Shown piece by piece: positions 46,249 through 55,924 of a DNA stretch of 64,000 bases. The notes under the pieces are model-generated. The model saw nothing but the letters and a program-made list of their open reading frames with translations. It was not told where the DNA came from and ran no database searches. Both the position numbers and the translations under genes were made by a program. Numbering within the stretch: position 1 is the stretch's first letter; each line of letters begins with the position of its first letter. This stretch comes from a phage. The stretch lies in the sequence record PX393108.1; one strand, 5' to 3'.

Positions 46249-46635
46249 ACGATTAAAATCAGCAGCAATTGTTTCCGCAACAATTTGAGCAGCAACAATT
46301 AGACGTTCATCTGCATTACCACAATAACCATCTTCAAGGCGTTCACCACATGAAGTCATAATAAATTTAGCACCAGCATTTAGAGATTCTGCCGTATGTT
46401 TGCGCATCAGTTCAATCCATTTATCACTCACTTCACGATCGATAGCTTCATAATACGCATGACGAGCAGGTGCAGATTTAATTTTGCTCTGAATAACTTC
46501 CATTGCGTTATCAGAAAGAGACAAAACCCATGCTCGACGAATTTTATTTTGGTTTTGTGGATTTGAATCAGAACGCACGTGTTTTGGCTGAATATCTTTT
46601 ACATCAACAGTATAATTCACAGTAATTTTAGTCAT
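46246..46635 (-). CDS. rpbA: RNA polymerase-binding protein RpbA
   Basis: 129 aa; position between 45 and 46. Confidence 0.75.
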   Translation of the reverse strand: MTKITVNYTVDVKDIQPKHVRSDSNPQNQNKIRRAWVLSLSDNAMEVIQSKIKSAPARHAYYEAIDREVSDKWIELMRKHTAESLNAGAKFIMTSCGERLEDGYCGNADERLIVAAQIVAETIAADFNR

Positions 46636-46644
46636 AATACACCT

Positions 46645-46833
46645 TTAGTCATAATAATCAGTAACAGTCCAAGCTTCATTTCTGTTGGACATTATTTTCG
46701 TATATTCTGATTTAAATGCATTCTTAAGCATAGATTCAGTAACTATATGCTCTTCATTAGAAAAATTATTTCTCAGAATATATCGTTTTATTTCAGGAAT
46801 AGTTAATAGATGCTGTCCAGTTGAATATTCCAT
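46645..46833 (-). CDS. Hypothetical protein (62 aa)
   Basis: ORF. Confidence 0.5.
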   Translation of the reverse strand: MEYSTGQHLLTIPEIKRYILRNNFSNEEHIVTESMLKNAFKSEYTKIMSNRNEAWTVTDYYD

Positions 46834-46888
46834 GTTTTTCCTCCATAGAGATTATACTCTAATAAATTAAAGCATAATCTCTTATAAA

Positions 46889-48571
46889 TTAAACCATTAC
46901 AGTAAATCGACCAACTTTCTTCATTTGAAGATGCTGACCATATGCTTGTGGGTCATGGTCTCTATGCGAAATAACAAAAACATTAGTATTTTTTAAACTA
47001 TCTAAAATAGTTGAAATAGCTTTTACGCCTTCAACATCAGTTGCTGAATCAAAAACTTCATCAAGAATTAGTGTGTTTATTTTAACACCTGAAACTTTTT
47101 CAGCAATATCACGCCAAGTAAATAAAAGAGCAATATCAATTCGTGCTTTTTCGCCTTGACTAAATGAAGCATAACTAAAATCTTCACGACCACGGGATTT
47201 AATTGTCTCATTAAATTCTTCATCTAATGTAAACACATAATCCGCTTCCATTATTTTAAGATAATGGTTAATCTGCTTATTAAATAATGGAATGTACTTT
47301 TTAATAATAGCACCTTTAATACCAGAATCTTTGAGCATATCAGTCAAAATTCCTCTGTGGTATTTTTCCATTACTAAATTAGTTTTTGTCTTAACAATTT
47401 TATCAAGTTCTTCTTGAAGCAGTGCTATTTCATCAGCATGGTCAATAAACTCAGATGATGCTTTTTCTATAGCTGCTTTAACTTTTTTAGCTTTATCTAC
47501 AGTCGTGATTAGAGATTGCTTTTTATTGCGAATATCATTTGCCAACGTCTGCTGGGTTTTAATATTATCTCGGTATTCATCAACAAGAACTTTTAAATTA
47601 TCACGATGTGTTGAAAGCTGTTCAAATGAATGCGTGCATTCAGAAACTTTATCTTTAATTTTAGAAACAACTTTATCACCGGAACTTAATTGTGACAAAC
47701 AGGTTGGACATAATCCACCTTCGTGATACATATTAATAACTTTATTATACGAGTCAATTTTTGATTTAATTAAAAATGCTTCTTGACCGATTTTATTAAA
47801 TGCATCAGTCGGGTCTTCATCCAAAACAATATTAACTAATCTTTCATTAGCTTCTTCTATTTCCGATTTTAGCGTTCTAGCTTCTTTTGCTAAATCATCA
47901 TACATATTCTGCAGACGAGTAAGATTATCACCAGTTAATTTTTTCTGGCGTTCAACGTTATCATTATATATTTTAATTTGCTGGATAATACTATCTTTTT
48001 TAACATCAAGCACTTGGTTTTGTGAATTTAATTCACGTATTAGTGCTTTATTAAGCTTATCCATTTCAGCTAATGTTCCTACCTCGAGCAGGTCTTCCAC
48101 AAGCTTTCTTCGCGCAGGGGTCGACAAACCCATGAAAGGGGTATACCCTGCTGTACCAAGGACAACAATCTGCTTGAAACTGGCATATGACATTCCGATA
48201 AGCTGTTCAAATTCTGCTTGGAAATCTTTACTGCTGGCAGATTCATTAAGACGTGTACCGTTAACGGTGATTTCGAAAACGTTTGGTTTTTGTCCTCTTT
48301 TGATATAGTACTTTTTCTCATCATATTCCATCCACAATTCAACTAAAAGTTCTTTCTTATTTGTGCTGTTTATTAATTGACCTTTCTTTACATCACGAAA
48401 TGGCTTGCCAAAAAGCCCAAATGTGATGGCTTCTAACATAGTAGACTTACCACCGCCATTTCGTCCAGTAATAAGAGTTTTTTGAACCTTATCTAGTTGA
48501 ATGTCAATAGGATTTCCACCTACTGACATTATATTTTGATACCTAACTCGGTTTAGTTTAAAATTCTTCAC
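46889..48571 (-). CDS. 46: Recombination endonuclease subunit gp46 (Rad50/SbcC-like ATPase)
   Basis: 560 aa; Walker A GRNGGGKST, long coiled coil, CxxC hook, Walker B LILDEVFD. Confidence 0.95.
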   Translation of the reverse strand: MKNFKLNRVRYQNIMSVGGNPIDIQLDKVQKTLITGRNGGGKSTMLEAITFGLFGKPFRDVKKGQLINSTNKKELLVELWMEYDEKKYYIKRGQKPNVFEITVNGTRLNESASSKDFQAEFEQLIGMSYASFKQIVVLGTAGYTPFMGLSTPARRKLVEDLLEVGTLAEMDKLNKALIRELNSQNQVLDVKKDSIIQQIKIYNDNVERQKKLTGDNLTRLQNMYDDLAKEARTLKSEIEEANERLVNIVLDEDPTDAFNKIGQEAFLIKSKIDSYNKVINMYHEGGLCPTCLSQLSSGDKVVSKIKDKVSECTHSFEQLSTHRDNLKVLVDEYRDNIKTQQTLANDIRNKKQSLITTVDKAKKVKAAIEKASSEFIDHADEIALLQEELDKIVKTKTNLVMEKYHRGILTDMLKDSGIKGAIIKKYIPLFNKQINHYLKIMEADYVFTLDEEFNETIKSRGREDFSYASFSQGEKARIDIALLFTWRDIAEKVSGVKINTLILDEVFDSATDVEGVKAISTILDSLKNTNVFVISHRDHDPQAYGQHLQMKKVGRFTVMV

Positions 48572-48831
48572 AAAAGATTCCTTTTAATGTATCTTTTAGA
48601 CCATTCTATCATATCATCATAATCTAAAAAGTATTCATCAAATTCAGCCATGCAAACAACACCTTGTGCTGCTTTTGATGTGATATAAATTATTCCAACA
48701 TATCTAGAATCTTCTTCGGTGTAATCAATATTTGCTATGAATTCATCGTTAATGTCAAATGTCGAAAACTTCACAGTATGCATCCTTAATACAAGATACA
48801 GCCATATCTTGTAATGATTTAGGTGTGTCAT
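48568..48831 (-). CDS. Hypothetical protein (87 aa)
   Basis: ORF. Confidence 0.5.
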   Translation of the reverse strand: MTHLNHYKIWLYLVLRMHTVKFSTFDINDEFIANIDYTEEDSRYVGIIYITSKAAQGVVCMAEFDEYFLDYDDMIEWSKRYIKRNLL

Positions 48832-49018
48832 TATCTAAAATGTTGAAGTTAAAAGATACAGCCCAGTCAGTGCAGACCGTGACCTTTTTAATACAATTAT
48901 CTTCAACCTCTAGCGGTTCAAACCAATATTCAATAATTTCTTTATGCCCAATATCATCTTTTACTTCGCATTCAAAATGCTGACTCATCATAGCATTTTT
49001 AAATTCATCAAAAGTCAT
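48755..49018 (-). CDS. Hypothetical protein (87 aa)
   Basis: ORF; overlaps the downstream ORF in another frame, start uncertain. Confidence 0.45.
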   Translation of the reverse strand: MTFDEFKNAMMSQHFECEVKDDIGHKEIIEYWFEPLEVEDNCIKKVTVCTDWAVSFNFNILDNDTPKSLQDMAVSCIKDAYCEVFDI

Positions 49019-50034
49019 TGTGTTGCCTCTACATATAACTGATTTGCATATTGAATAAGTGCTTCGCGGTCAGAATCAGTGATGTCTGGAATTGCATTAA
49101 TGTATTCTTCCATCAGCGTCTGAAGAGATTGAACTTCAACTTCTTCACTATCATCTGACTCAACAGAGTTATCAATCTTTGACACAACTCGTAATGAATG
49201 CACAACTTTTTCTAGTTCAGATTCGAACTTCGTCAGATTTTTGTCTACCTCAGTTACTATAACACGTACTGATAGATTTGTAAAATCTTTATAGTCAATT
49301 TTTCCCTTAAATGGATATTGAATTCGACGATGCCAGGTAGTGTTGTTTGGAATAAATTCCATTCGTTCTGTTTCTGTATCAAACATCCAGAACCCGCGAG
49401 GGTCATTCTCGTCACCTGCAGTTAGTGTCCATGGTGTCCCAATATATCTGACGTTAGCAGCCTCAGAGATAGTATGGAAGTGACCAGACCACACTTCTTT
49501 ATAAGTCTTAAGGAAATCAGGTTCAAGACCGTGAGATTTCATTCCTTTATAAAAATAAAATCCATTCAGCTCCCAGTGACCGACACAAAAAGAAGCAGAT
49601 GAAGTTTTGATGTGTTCAAGAATTTCACCAGTATTTTCTTCACACATCCAAGGAATTAAATCAATCAAACATCCGTCAAAATCTACAGTAGTAGGCTTAT
49701 CATATACTTTAACATTAGGATATTTAGCCAAAAGCTCAGTAGAAGCATTTGGAGTTAAAGTATTTTTAAAGTGCATATCATGGTTTCCTACAACAGTATG
49801 CAGGGTAATACCAGCATCATCAAGCATTTGAACTATTTCACGGGCGAACTCCATAGTTTTATGCGTGATTGCTTTTCGCACATCAAAAATATCACCGTAT
49901 TGAATCCATGTAGTAATTCCATTTTTCTTAGAATATTCTATTGCTTGTTTAATTCCATCCAACTGAATAGATTGAACCCACTCATCATCGGCTTTAACAC
50001 CTAAATGCCAATCACCTAAATTTAAAATTTTCAT
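49015..50034 (-). CDS. 47: Recombination nuclease subunit gp47 (Mre11/SbcD-like)
   Basis: 339 aa; phosphoesterase motifs (DWH…GNHD…GHWH). Confidence 0.95.
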   Translation of the reverse strand: MKILNLGDWHLGVKADDEWVQSIQLDGIKQAIEYSKKNGITTWIQYGDIFDVRKAITHKTMEFAREIVQMLDDAGITLHTVVGNHDMHFKNTLTPNASTELLAKYPNVKVYDKPTTVDFDGCLIDLIPWMCEENTGEILEHIKTSSASFCVGHWELNGFYFYKGMKSHGLEPDFLKTYKEVWSGHFHTISEAANVRYIGTPWTLTAGDENDPRGFWMFDTETERMEFIPNNTTWHRRIQYPFKGKIDYKDFTNLSVRVIVTEVDKNLTKFESELEKVVHSLRVVSKIDNSVESDDSEEVEVQSLQTLMEEYINAIPDITDSDREALIQYANQLYVEATQ

Positions 50035-50171
50035 ATATCAAGAACCGTCATTGAAATGCAAAATAAAATTATTGAAATAAATCCATCTGGAGTGCTAAAG
50101 AACCCAATCCAGCATGCTCTAGTGAATAGATAAAATGCGAGAAAAAGTATCACATATCCAAGAAATATCAT
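50031..50171 (-). CDS. Small hydrophobic peptide (46 aa) upstream of gene 47
   Basis: Hand-translated MIFLGYVILFLAFYLFTRACWIGFFSTPDGFISIILFCISMTVLDI; ATGA overlap with the gene 47 start. Confidence 0.3.
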   Translation of the reverse strand: MIFLGYVILFLAFYLFTRACWIGFFSTPDGFISIILFCISMTVLDI

Positions 50172-50210
50172 TATATCAAACTCCGTATAAAGCTAAAGGG
50201 CCGAAGCCCT

Positions 50211-51413
50211 TTATTTTGTAATAATGTCAAACTGCTCTTTAAAGCAGAAGCTTGAATCTTGATGCTGATACAAAAATTCATAAGCTTTTTCACGTTCACG
50301 GTCATAAAGAGCTCGGTCAGATGACAGTTCTTTAATACGTTCAAATGTTGATTCCATGTCATTTTCATCAAACCAAACGATACCGCTATCATGAGAAATT
50401 AACGGAGTATTATCAACACGGAATTTTAAATTTTCGCCAGTAGATTTCCAAAATACTGGAATTGTTCCACATGCACCAAGCTCGAGATGAGTATATTCTA
50501 AAGAACGTTGTAGATATTTTTTATCTAATTTACTCAGCTGATAACCAAATCCGGATTTACTCATGCGTTCAAGCATTTCGCTATTTACATAACGGTCGAG
50601 AATTTGCGTTGGCAAATTAGGAGCAATTTTAATTTGGTCTACTTGATGAAGACGATAATACTCGTATGGAATTCCTTTTTCTTTAATAGGAATGAACGCT
50701 GGAGAACGTTCCAGACCTTCCATAATAGTACTTAGTCCTGCAGGTTTAAGATGTTTTTCGTGAAAATCAAACATCTGATAAAAACCTTTCCATGTAGTCG
50801 TACGACCAATCCAACGGTTGATATTCATGTTAATTTCAGAAACATCTTTCCAGTAGGTTGATCGAACCTTCGCAATATCCATAGGAGGCTGAAAGTTATA
50901 TACGGTCGGTGCTTCTTCAATATCATCAAACAAAGAAACTGTTTCTGGATACCATTCTTTCATCAAAACTTTATTAAAGTCACCATTGTCAGAATGACTA
51001 AAAATAACATCAGCTCGACGAACAGTTTCTTCTAATCCCAAATTTCGGCGCAAAGAAAGAGAAGAATGGTCATGTTGATAAACTACAACACGAACCGAAG
51101 GTTTAATGTTATCAATAATTTTTTTATAGTTATTAATTGTGTCTTCTTCAACTGAAGTAGCAGGAACTGAATTGATAATTAGAATATCACAATCATTTAC
51201 CAGCTTAAGTGTTTTATCGTATTCTTTTGCCAATAAAACCGGAATTGAAAATGACTTATAATCATGTGCGCAATTACGAGTAAATGATTTATCTTTAGCA
51301 TAAACCAAAGTTACTTCATGACCATTTTTAATAAACCAATCACGTTGCTCAAGAGAAAATTTAGTTACACCACAACCTTCAAGACCTCGAGCCATAAAAA
51401 TACATACTTTCAT
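50211..51413 (-). CDS. agt: DNA alpha-glucosyltransferase
   Basis: 400 aa; position between 47 and 55; T4 a-gt length. Confidence 0.85.
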   Translation of the reverse strand: MKVCIFMARGLEGCGVTKFSLEQRDWFIKNGHEVTLVYAKDKSFTRNCAHDYKSFSIPVLLAKEYDKTLKLVNDCDILIINSVPATSVEEDTINNYKKIIDNIKPSVRVVVYQHDHSSLSLRRNLGLEETVRRADVIFSHSDNGDFNKVLMKEWYPETVSLFDDIEEAPTVYNFQPPMDIAKVRSTYWKDVSEINMNINRWIGRTTTWKGFYQMFDFHEKHLKPAGLSTIMEGLERSPAFIPIKEKGIPYEYYRLHQVDQIKIAPNLPTQILDRYVNSEMLERMSKSGFGYQLSKLDKKYLQRSLEYTHLELGACGTIPVFWKSTGENLKFRVDNTPLISHDSGIVWFDENDMESTFERIKELSSDRALYDREREKAYEFLYQHQDSSFCFKEQFDIITK

Positions 51414-51429
51414 TTAATATCCTCATTGT

Positions 51430-51481
51430 TTTGGTTTATTTTACCAAAAATTTATAAAGCAATATAGGAGCCGAAGCTCCT
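51430..51481 (-). promoter_or_regulatory. Hairpin (GGAGC-CGAA-GCUCC) followed by MotA-box-like ATTGCTTTA and A/T-rich -10; putative middle promoter for agt
   Basis: Minus strand GGAGCTTCGGCTCCTATATTGCTTTATAAATTTTTGGTAAAAT. Confidence 0.35.
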
Positions 51482-51656
51482 ATCCGCATAATACACCGTA
51501 CAGAGGCTCATTAGAGCTTCTAAATTTTATACGCTTATATGTTATAGTTCCTTCTGCTTTAGCTTTATCATGAGACTCTTTAAAGCGCCTCATCATTTCT
51601 ACTTTAGAGGAACGAATTTTATTATAATCTATTTCAGAAGTCTGGGTGTTCATCTT

Positions 51657-51863
51657 TCACAGTTGCCACCATTTTTTGACTTGATAGGAATCAACCCACA
51701 CTTTCATATTAGGGTCTGCTCTTACAATAGGAGGATTAACTTCTTTAATTGAACTATCATGGTATTCTTTTTCAGAAATTTTCACGCAAAGATGACCATT
51801 CAAAGATTCAGTAAATCCTGCATTAATTTTAAGACGCTTGAATTTTACGTGTGTAAGCATCAA
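51657..51863 (-). CDS. Hypothetical protein (68 aa)
   Basis: ORF. Confidence 0.4.
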   Translation of the reverse strand: MMLTHVKFKRLKINAGFTESLNGHLCVKISEKEYHDSSIKEVNPPIVRADPNMKVWVDSYQVKKWWQL

Positions 51864-52146
51864 TCATATCCTCAATCTGCGATCTAGTAGTCTTCCAAAG
51901 AATACTAATGAGTTCATCGTTATATGGCTGTTTTAGAATATCCCGACTTTTCTTGATAGCATATTCGTATTGAGCAAAATTATTGTTTTCAGCTGCAATC
52001 TGAGCGTGTTTATAAAGACGGTTCAGTTCGCGTTTGTTTTTAGACAATAACTTATTTGCTTTTCTTTCTGCTTCAAGACGGTTCTTTTCTTCAATAGAAG
52101 AAATAAGCTTTTCCACTTCATCATTAATTTCGGGTTTATCAGTCAT
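51829..52146 (-). CDS. Hypothetical coiled-coil protein (105 aa)
   Basis: ORF. Confidence 0.5.
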   Translation of the reverse strand: MTDKPEINDEVEKLISSIEEKNRLEAERKANKLLSKNKRELNRLYKHAQIAAENNNFAQYEYAIKKSRDILKQPYNDELISILWKTTRSQIEDMIDAYTRKIQAS

Positions 52147-52147
52147 A

Positions 52148-52366
52148 TTATTTCTCTAATATAAAATAAAAATCATCATCTGTTAAATGATACCGATAGT
52201 TTAATTCTACACCATTAGATTTAAAAGCGGTATCATACGGATTTTCTGGATCAATATCAATGTCAAGAGCTAAAACTTCCCTGAGATACATTTTAAGTAA
52301 ATAGGGAATAGCTTCAACTTCAGGTATTTCTTCCAAGAATCCGGAGAGGTTAATCGTTAGCCTCAT
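52148..52366 (-). CDS. Hypothetical protein (72 aa)
   Basis: ORF. Confidence 0.5.
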
Positions 52367-52907
52367 ATAAAAAATCCAAACTAGGAGAATCGTCTACAAC
52401 ACTTTTCTTTTCAGCCCCCGGTGTTCTATAGGTTGATTCTTCGTAATGCGTCATTTTATCGTAGATGTCTTGAATAAAAGTTTCATCTACTAACGCAACC
52501 ATATCGTCGTCACGACTGTCATAGACATTGTGAACGAAGTAACTATATTTCTTTGCAACTTCCTTACGTTCTTTTTTAATACGTTGGACGAATGCATTAA
52601 AACAAGCTTGAGTTATATATGCATGTGGGTTTTTATATTTCGTTTCATCAAAATTATGAAGCCCCTTAATAGAAGCTTCTATACCATCTGCAATCATTTC
52701 TTGTTTCCAAGATTGGGTGTATCCTGAAAAGTTGAAACGTTTAGATAAGCCTTCTGCGATAAGCATAATGGCTAATCCGATAGTATCATTCTGACGAACT
52801 ACTTTATTTGGGTCTTTATTATTTGCTAATTCTGTTTTCCAATCAATAATAGCCTGTAAAAGCTCTTTATTGTTTACGTAATTATATTTAGGCTTAGTTT
52901 CTGACAT
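52350..52907 (-). CDS. 55: Late-transcription sigma factor gp55
   Basis: [24 protein letters not shown]… about 185 aa; matches T4 gp55. Confidence 0.95.
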
Positions 52908-52985
52908 TTTCACCTCTTAGCTCAATTCATAGATCTATTATATCATAATATTTGAAGATCTATCTTAAAGCATAGAGGATATCAG

Positions 52986-53255
52986 TTATCTAATTAAACA
53001 GTATGCTTGGAACACTTTCTCCATCATCTTTTTAAATTCATGAATATCTATGTAATGACTAGTTAAATCAGCATGATATAAAAAGTCTAAAAACTTTTCA
53101 TGTGTGCTAACATATTCGCTTTCATTTAATTCAGAAACATGGCTTTCCCAATATCCAACACCAGTCTTATTTGGGAAAAATGAAATTTTCATGTATTGGT
53201 CAACATAGAAAATTCCATAATTTTCAATAGTAATAGAAATATTAATAAATTTCAT
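52986..53255 (-). CDS. Hypothetical protein (89 aa)
   Basis: ORF. Confidence 0.5.
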   Translation of the reverse strand: MKFINISITIENYGIFYVDQYMKISFFPNKTGVGYWESHVSELNESEYVSTHEKFLDFLYHADLTSHYIDIHEFKKMMEKVFQAYCLIR

Positions 53256-53473
53256 ACATTCATCAACTTAGCCGCTTCAAGAGCTGCATCTAGTGAATCA
53301 AACTGGTCAACGTATTCAATCAATTCGCCATAATTAGCGTATAACCACCATTGGCTAAATTCATACTCAAGGATGAATCCATTTCCTTCAATTTGAGTTA
53401 AACCAATGCCATTTGTATTTACTTCATATCCAGCAAGACGTAAATCGTTAATAAGAGCTTCGTTCATATTCAT
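53252..53473 (-). CDS. Hypothetical protein (73 aa)
   Basis: ORF with 4-nt overlap. Confidence 0.5.
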   Translation of the reverse strand: MNMNEALINDLRLAGYEVNTNGIGLTQIEGNGFILEYEFSQWWLYANYGELIEYVDQFDSLDAALEAAKLMNV

Positions 53474-53796
53474 ACCTTAGCAATTTTCAGGTCAGCAAAT
53501 TTTTTCTTGCGTTGATTTTTCATACGACGAATAGTTTTATCAGAAATTTCGTGCTTTTGATAAGCTTTAGATTCTACACCAAAAGCTTTAACATCAAATT
53601 CTGACAAGATATATTGAACCAACAATTCACGGACAGTATTGCGCCCAATTTTCTGATCATTCTGTTTCATCGTCTGATGAAGCTCTTTTTCCCATTTATC
53701 CAAAATTTGAGGAGTTACAATATCGCCTTTTTCTAGCAAAGAAACTACTTTATCATATGCATAAGAATTGATGGCGTTTTTAATTTGAATAGTCAT
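53470..53796 (-). CDS. Hypothetical protein (108 aa)
   Basis: ORF with 4-nt overlap. Confidence 0.55.
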   Translation of the reverse strand: MTIQIKNAINSYAYDKVVSLLEKGDIVTPQILDKWEKELHQTMKQNDQKIGRNTVRELLVQYILSEFDVKAFGVESKAYQKHEISDKTIRRMKNQRKKKFADLKIAKV

Positions 53797-53829
53797 ACAT
53801 TATCCTCAATTGCATTAAAATTTTATTAT

Positions 53830-53851
53830 CCAAAAAGGGCCGAAGCCCTTA
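53830..53851 (-). terminator. GGGC-CGAA-GCCC hairpin followed by U-run on the minus strand
   Basis: AAGGGCCGAAGCCCTT then TTTTTGGATAAT. Confidence 0.45.
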
Positions 53852-54049
53852 GCTAAACTGTTTGGCACCCTTCCAGCCTTCGTACATCATTGCAGCTGAT
53901 ATTAATATTGCTCCTGCGCATTTTGAATATTTGTGATTCCAAAACCAGTTCAGAAAAACTTCGTCATCAATACCCTGGGCTATCATATTTTCAAAGAACT
54001 GGCGACGAGCTTCAGCAATTCGTTGCGATAATTTAGATTCAGGATTCAT
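53849..54049 (-). CDS. Hypothetical protein (66 aa)
   Basis: ORF. Confidence 0.5.
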   Translation of the reverse strand: MNPESKLSQRIAEARRQFFENMIAQGIDDEVFLNWFWNHKYSKCAGAILISAAMMYEGWKGAKQFS

Positions 54050-54265
54050 TTAAATTTTCCAGTTACCGTTTTCATCAATGAATTTAATCCAGTCATTTAC
54101 TGACCACTTGGTCGTATCGCCTTTTGGAGCAATATTTAAAGTGTATAATCCTTGTTTAAAAAGCATGCGTTTGATATTCATATTTTCCTCAGCTGTAACG
54201 ATAGCACTCGTTTGATTTACGCTTAGCAACTCGTTGAGAAGTATTGTAATCAAAATCATCGTCAA
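54050..54265 (-). CDS. Hypothetical protein (up to 71 aa; likely starts at an internal Met giving about 43 aa)
   Basis: ORF overlapping the upstream gene. Confidence 0.35.
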   Translation of the reverse strand: MTMILITILLNELLSVNQTSAIVTAEENMNIKRMLFKQGLYTLNIAPKGDTTKWSVNDWIKFIDENGNWKI

Positions 54266-54482
54266 TGTAAACTGATTTTTTCAACTTTCTTACTTCACCG
54301 CGTAATTGACGATTTAACTCATCTTTAACTTCTGAATCAATGCCTTTCATTCTACGCCATTTATCAGAGCGAAAAATGTTTTCAACCATATCTTTATGAC
54401 TTACACCATCAGGAGCTTTACGCTTTCCGAAATAGTCATAATCACGTACTTTTAAATCTTTACGACGATACGTTTTACCCAT
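54189..54482 (-). CDS. Hypothetical basic protein (about 97 aa)
   Basis: ORF trimmed to MGKTYRRKDLKVRDYDYFGKRK…. Confidence 0.5.
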   Translation of the reverse strand: MGKTYRRKDLKVRDYDYFGKRKAPDGVSHKDMVENIFRSDKWRRMKGIDSEVKDELNRQLRGEVRKLKKSVYIDDDFDYNTSQRVAKRKSNECYRYS

Positions 54483-54657
54483 GGAGTTTAATTTCCTTAG
54501 CAACTGAACTAAATACAGCACGATCACAAATCATCTGTTTATGTAACTTGAGTATAAGATAATAAACTTCAAAACCGTTTACATAAGTAACACGAACAAC
54601 ATTACCATTAATAAAATAATATTGTCCCTTTTTAATTTCTTTATCAACCAAAACCAT
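54475..54657 (-). CDS. Hypothetical protein (60 aa)
   Basis: ORF downstream of an early promoter. Confidence 0.5.
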   Translation of the reverse strand: MVLVDKEIKKGQYYFINGNVVRVTYVNGFEVYYLILKLHKQMICDRAVFSSVAKEIKLHG

Positions 54658-54684
54658 ATCAAATCCTCAAAGGCAATTCATATG

Positions 54685-54725
54685 TTAATAATACCACAGT
54701 TTAAACTTCTTGTAAACAACTTTGT
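54685..54725 (-). promoter_or_regulatory. T4-type early promoter (-35 GTTTACA, 17 nt, -10 TATTAT)
   Basis: Minus strand GTTTACAAGAAGTTTAAACTGTGGTATTAT. Confidence 0.55.
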
Positions 54726-54795
54726 GAAAATTATTTTAGGGAATGATAAGAAGGGAACGATAGCTTAGAATGGTAATATACAGAATGTGAGAAAG

Positions 54796-54814
54796 AAAGG
54801 CCCAGAGGGCCTGT
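54796..54814 (-). terminator. AGGCCC-AGA-GGGCCU hairpin after nrdH
   Basis: Inverted repeat followed on the minus strand by TTCTTTCTC. Confidence 0.4.
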
Positions 54815-54815
54815 C

Positions 54816-55124
54816 TTAGTCTTCTATGATATCTCTATCATATCCAAGTGAAATGAGAGTTTCTTTGAAGTGTTTAATGTTCTTTTGTCTAGAATCATTG
54901 ATGAAAATGACTGGATAACGAATGTTAAGAGATGTGAATCCAGCGCGTTTAGCAAGAGATACAATCAGTGGACGATCATACTCAATCTTACCATTATTTG
55001 TAAGAACTTTATAGAAAGTAAAAGGAGCATTGAGCTCCTTTAGAAGTTTTGTAACTGATTGACATCCAGGACAACGACCTACTTCATCTGGAATTCCATA
55101 GACTTCAATCTTGTTTTGTTTCAC
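54816..55124 (-). CDS. nrdH: Glutaredoxin-like protein NrdH
   Basis: 102 aa with CPGC redox motif; adjacent to nrdG/nrdD. Confidence 0.7.
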   Translation of the reverse strand: MKQNKIEVYGIPDEVGRCPGCQSVTKLLKELNAPFTFYKVLTNNGKIEYDRPLIVSLAKRAGFTSLNIRYPVIFINDSRQKNIKHFKETLISLGYDRDIIED

Positions 55125-55126
55125 AA

Positions 55127-55363
55127 CTATTCCTTACTAAGAGCAGCATTCAGCTTATTAGTAATTTTATCCAGACGCTCATTGAACTCACTAGAAGATA
55201 GTCCTTTTTCTGGAGAAATCAAACTAATCACGAAAAATATAGCAATAAAAGGAATAAGGAAAATAGCTCCAACTGCCATAAACAAAAAGAATGTTACGGT
55301 TGTAAGAAAATCAGCTAAACCTTTACGAAATTTATACATATTTACCCTTAATTGATTAACCAA
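55127..55363 (-). CDS. Small membrane protein (78 aa)
   Basis: Long hydrophobic segment FFLFMAVGAIFLIPFIAIFFVISLI. Confidence 0.5.
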   Translation of the reverse strand: MVNQLRVNMYKFRKGLADFLTTVTFFLFMAVGAIFLIPFIAIFFVISLISPEKGLSSSEFNERLDKITNKLNAALSKE

Positions 55364-55453
55364 GCATTGATAAGCACTAAACTATATTGCGAATAAAATT
55401 CTGGACCAAAATGAAAAATCATATCATTTATAGTGTCCATAATATAATTCAAT

Positions 55454-55924
55454 TTAATCATGTTTCCACACCCCATCGGTATTTGACCAAAGTCGCTGAT
55501 TATCTGAACCTCGCCACAGCTTTTTGGTCGGAAGATTTTTCTCATACTTCCCATCAATAATAACATCAACATATTTAAGCATTTCTAGTTGTTTAATATC
55601 TTCAAACTTATATCCTGTCCACAACCAAATGCTTTTATTCGGATAAAGATTTTTTACTGTTTGAACAATGCAATGAACAACATCTCGGTTATCAGGATAA
55701 AGAGGGTCTCCTCCAGTTATAGTTAATCCTTCTATATAATCATTATTCAAACATTCAATTAATTGTTCTAGTGTTTCACCAGTGAATGGAACGCCATTTC
55801 TAGCATTCCACGTTGATTTATTATAACACCCTTCGCATTTATGCAAACAACCTGTAACGAAAAGAACGACCCTGCATCCAGGGCCATTCACAAAATCACA
55901 GGGATAAAATCTATCGTAATTCAT
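55454..55924 (-). CDS. nrdG: Anaerobic ribonucleotide reductase activating protein NrdG (radical SAM)
   Basis: 156 aa; CxxxCxxC motif (CLHKCEGCYNK). Confidence 0.9.
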   Translation of the reverse strand: MNYDRFYPCDFVNGPGCRVVLFVTGCLHKCEGCYNKSTWNARNGVPFTGETLEQLIECLNNDYIEGLTITGGDPLYPDNRDVVHCIVQTVKNLYPNKSIWLWTGYKFEDIKQLEMLKYVDVIIDGKYEKNLPTKKLWRGSDNQRLWSNTDGVWKHD

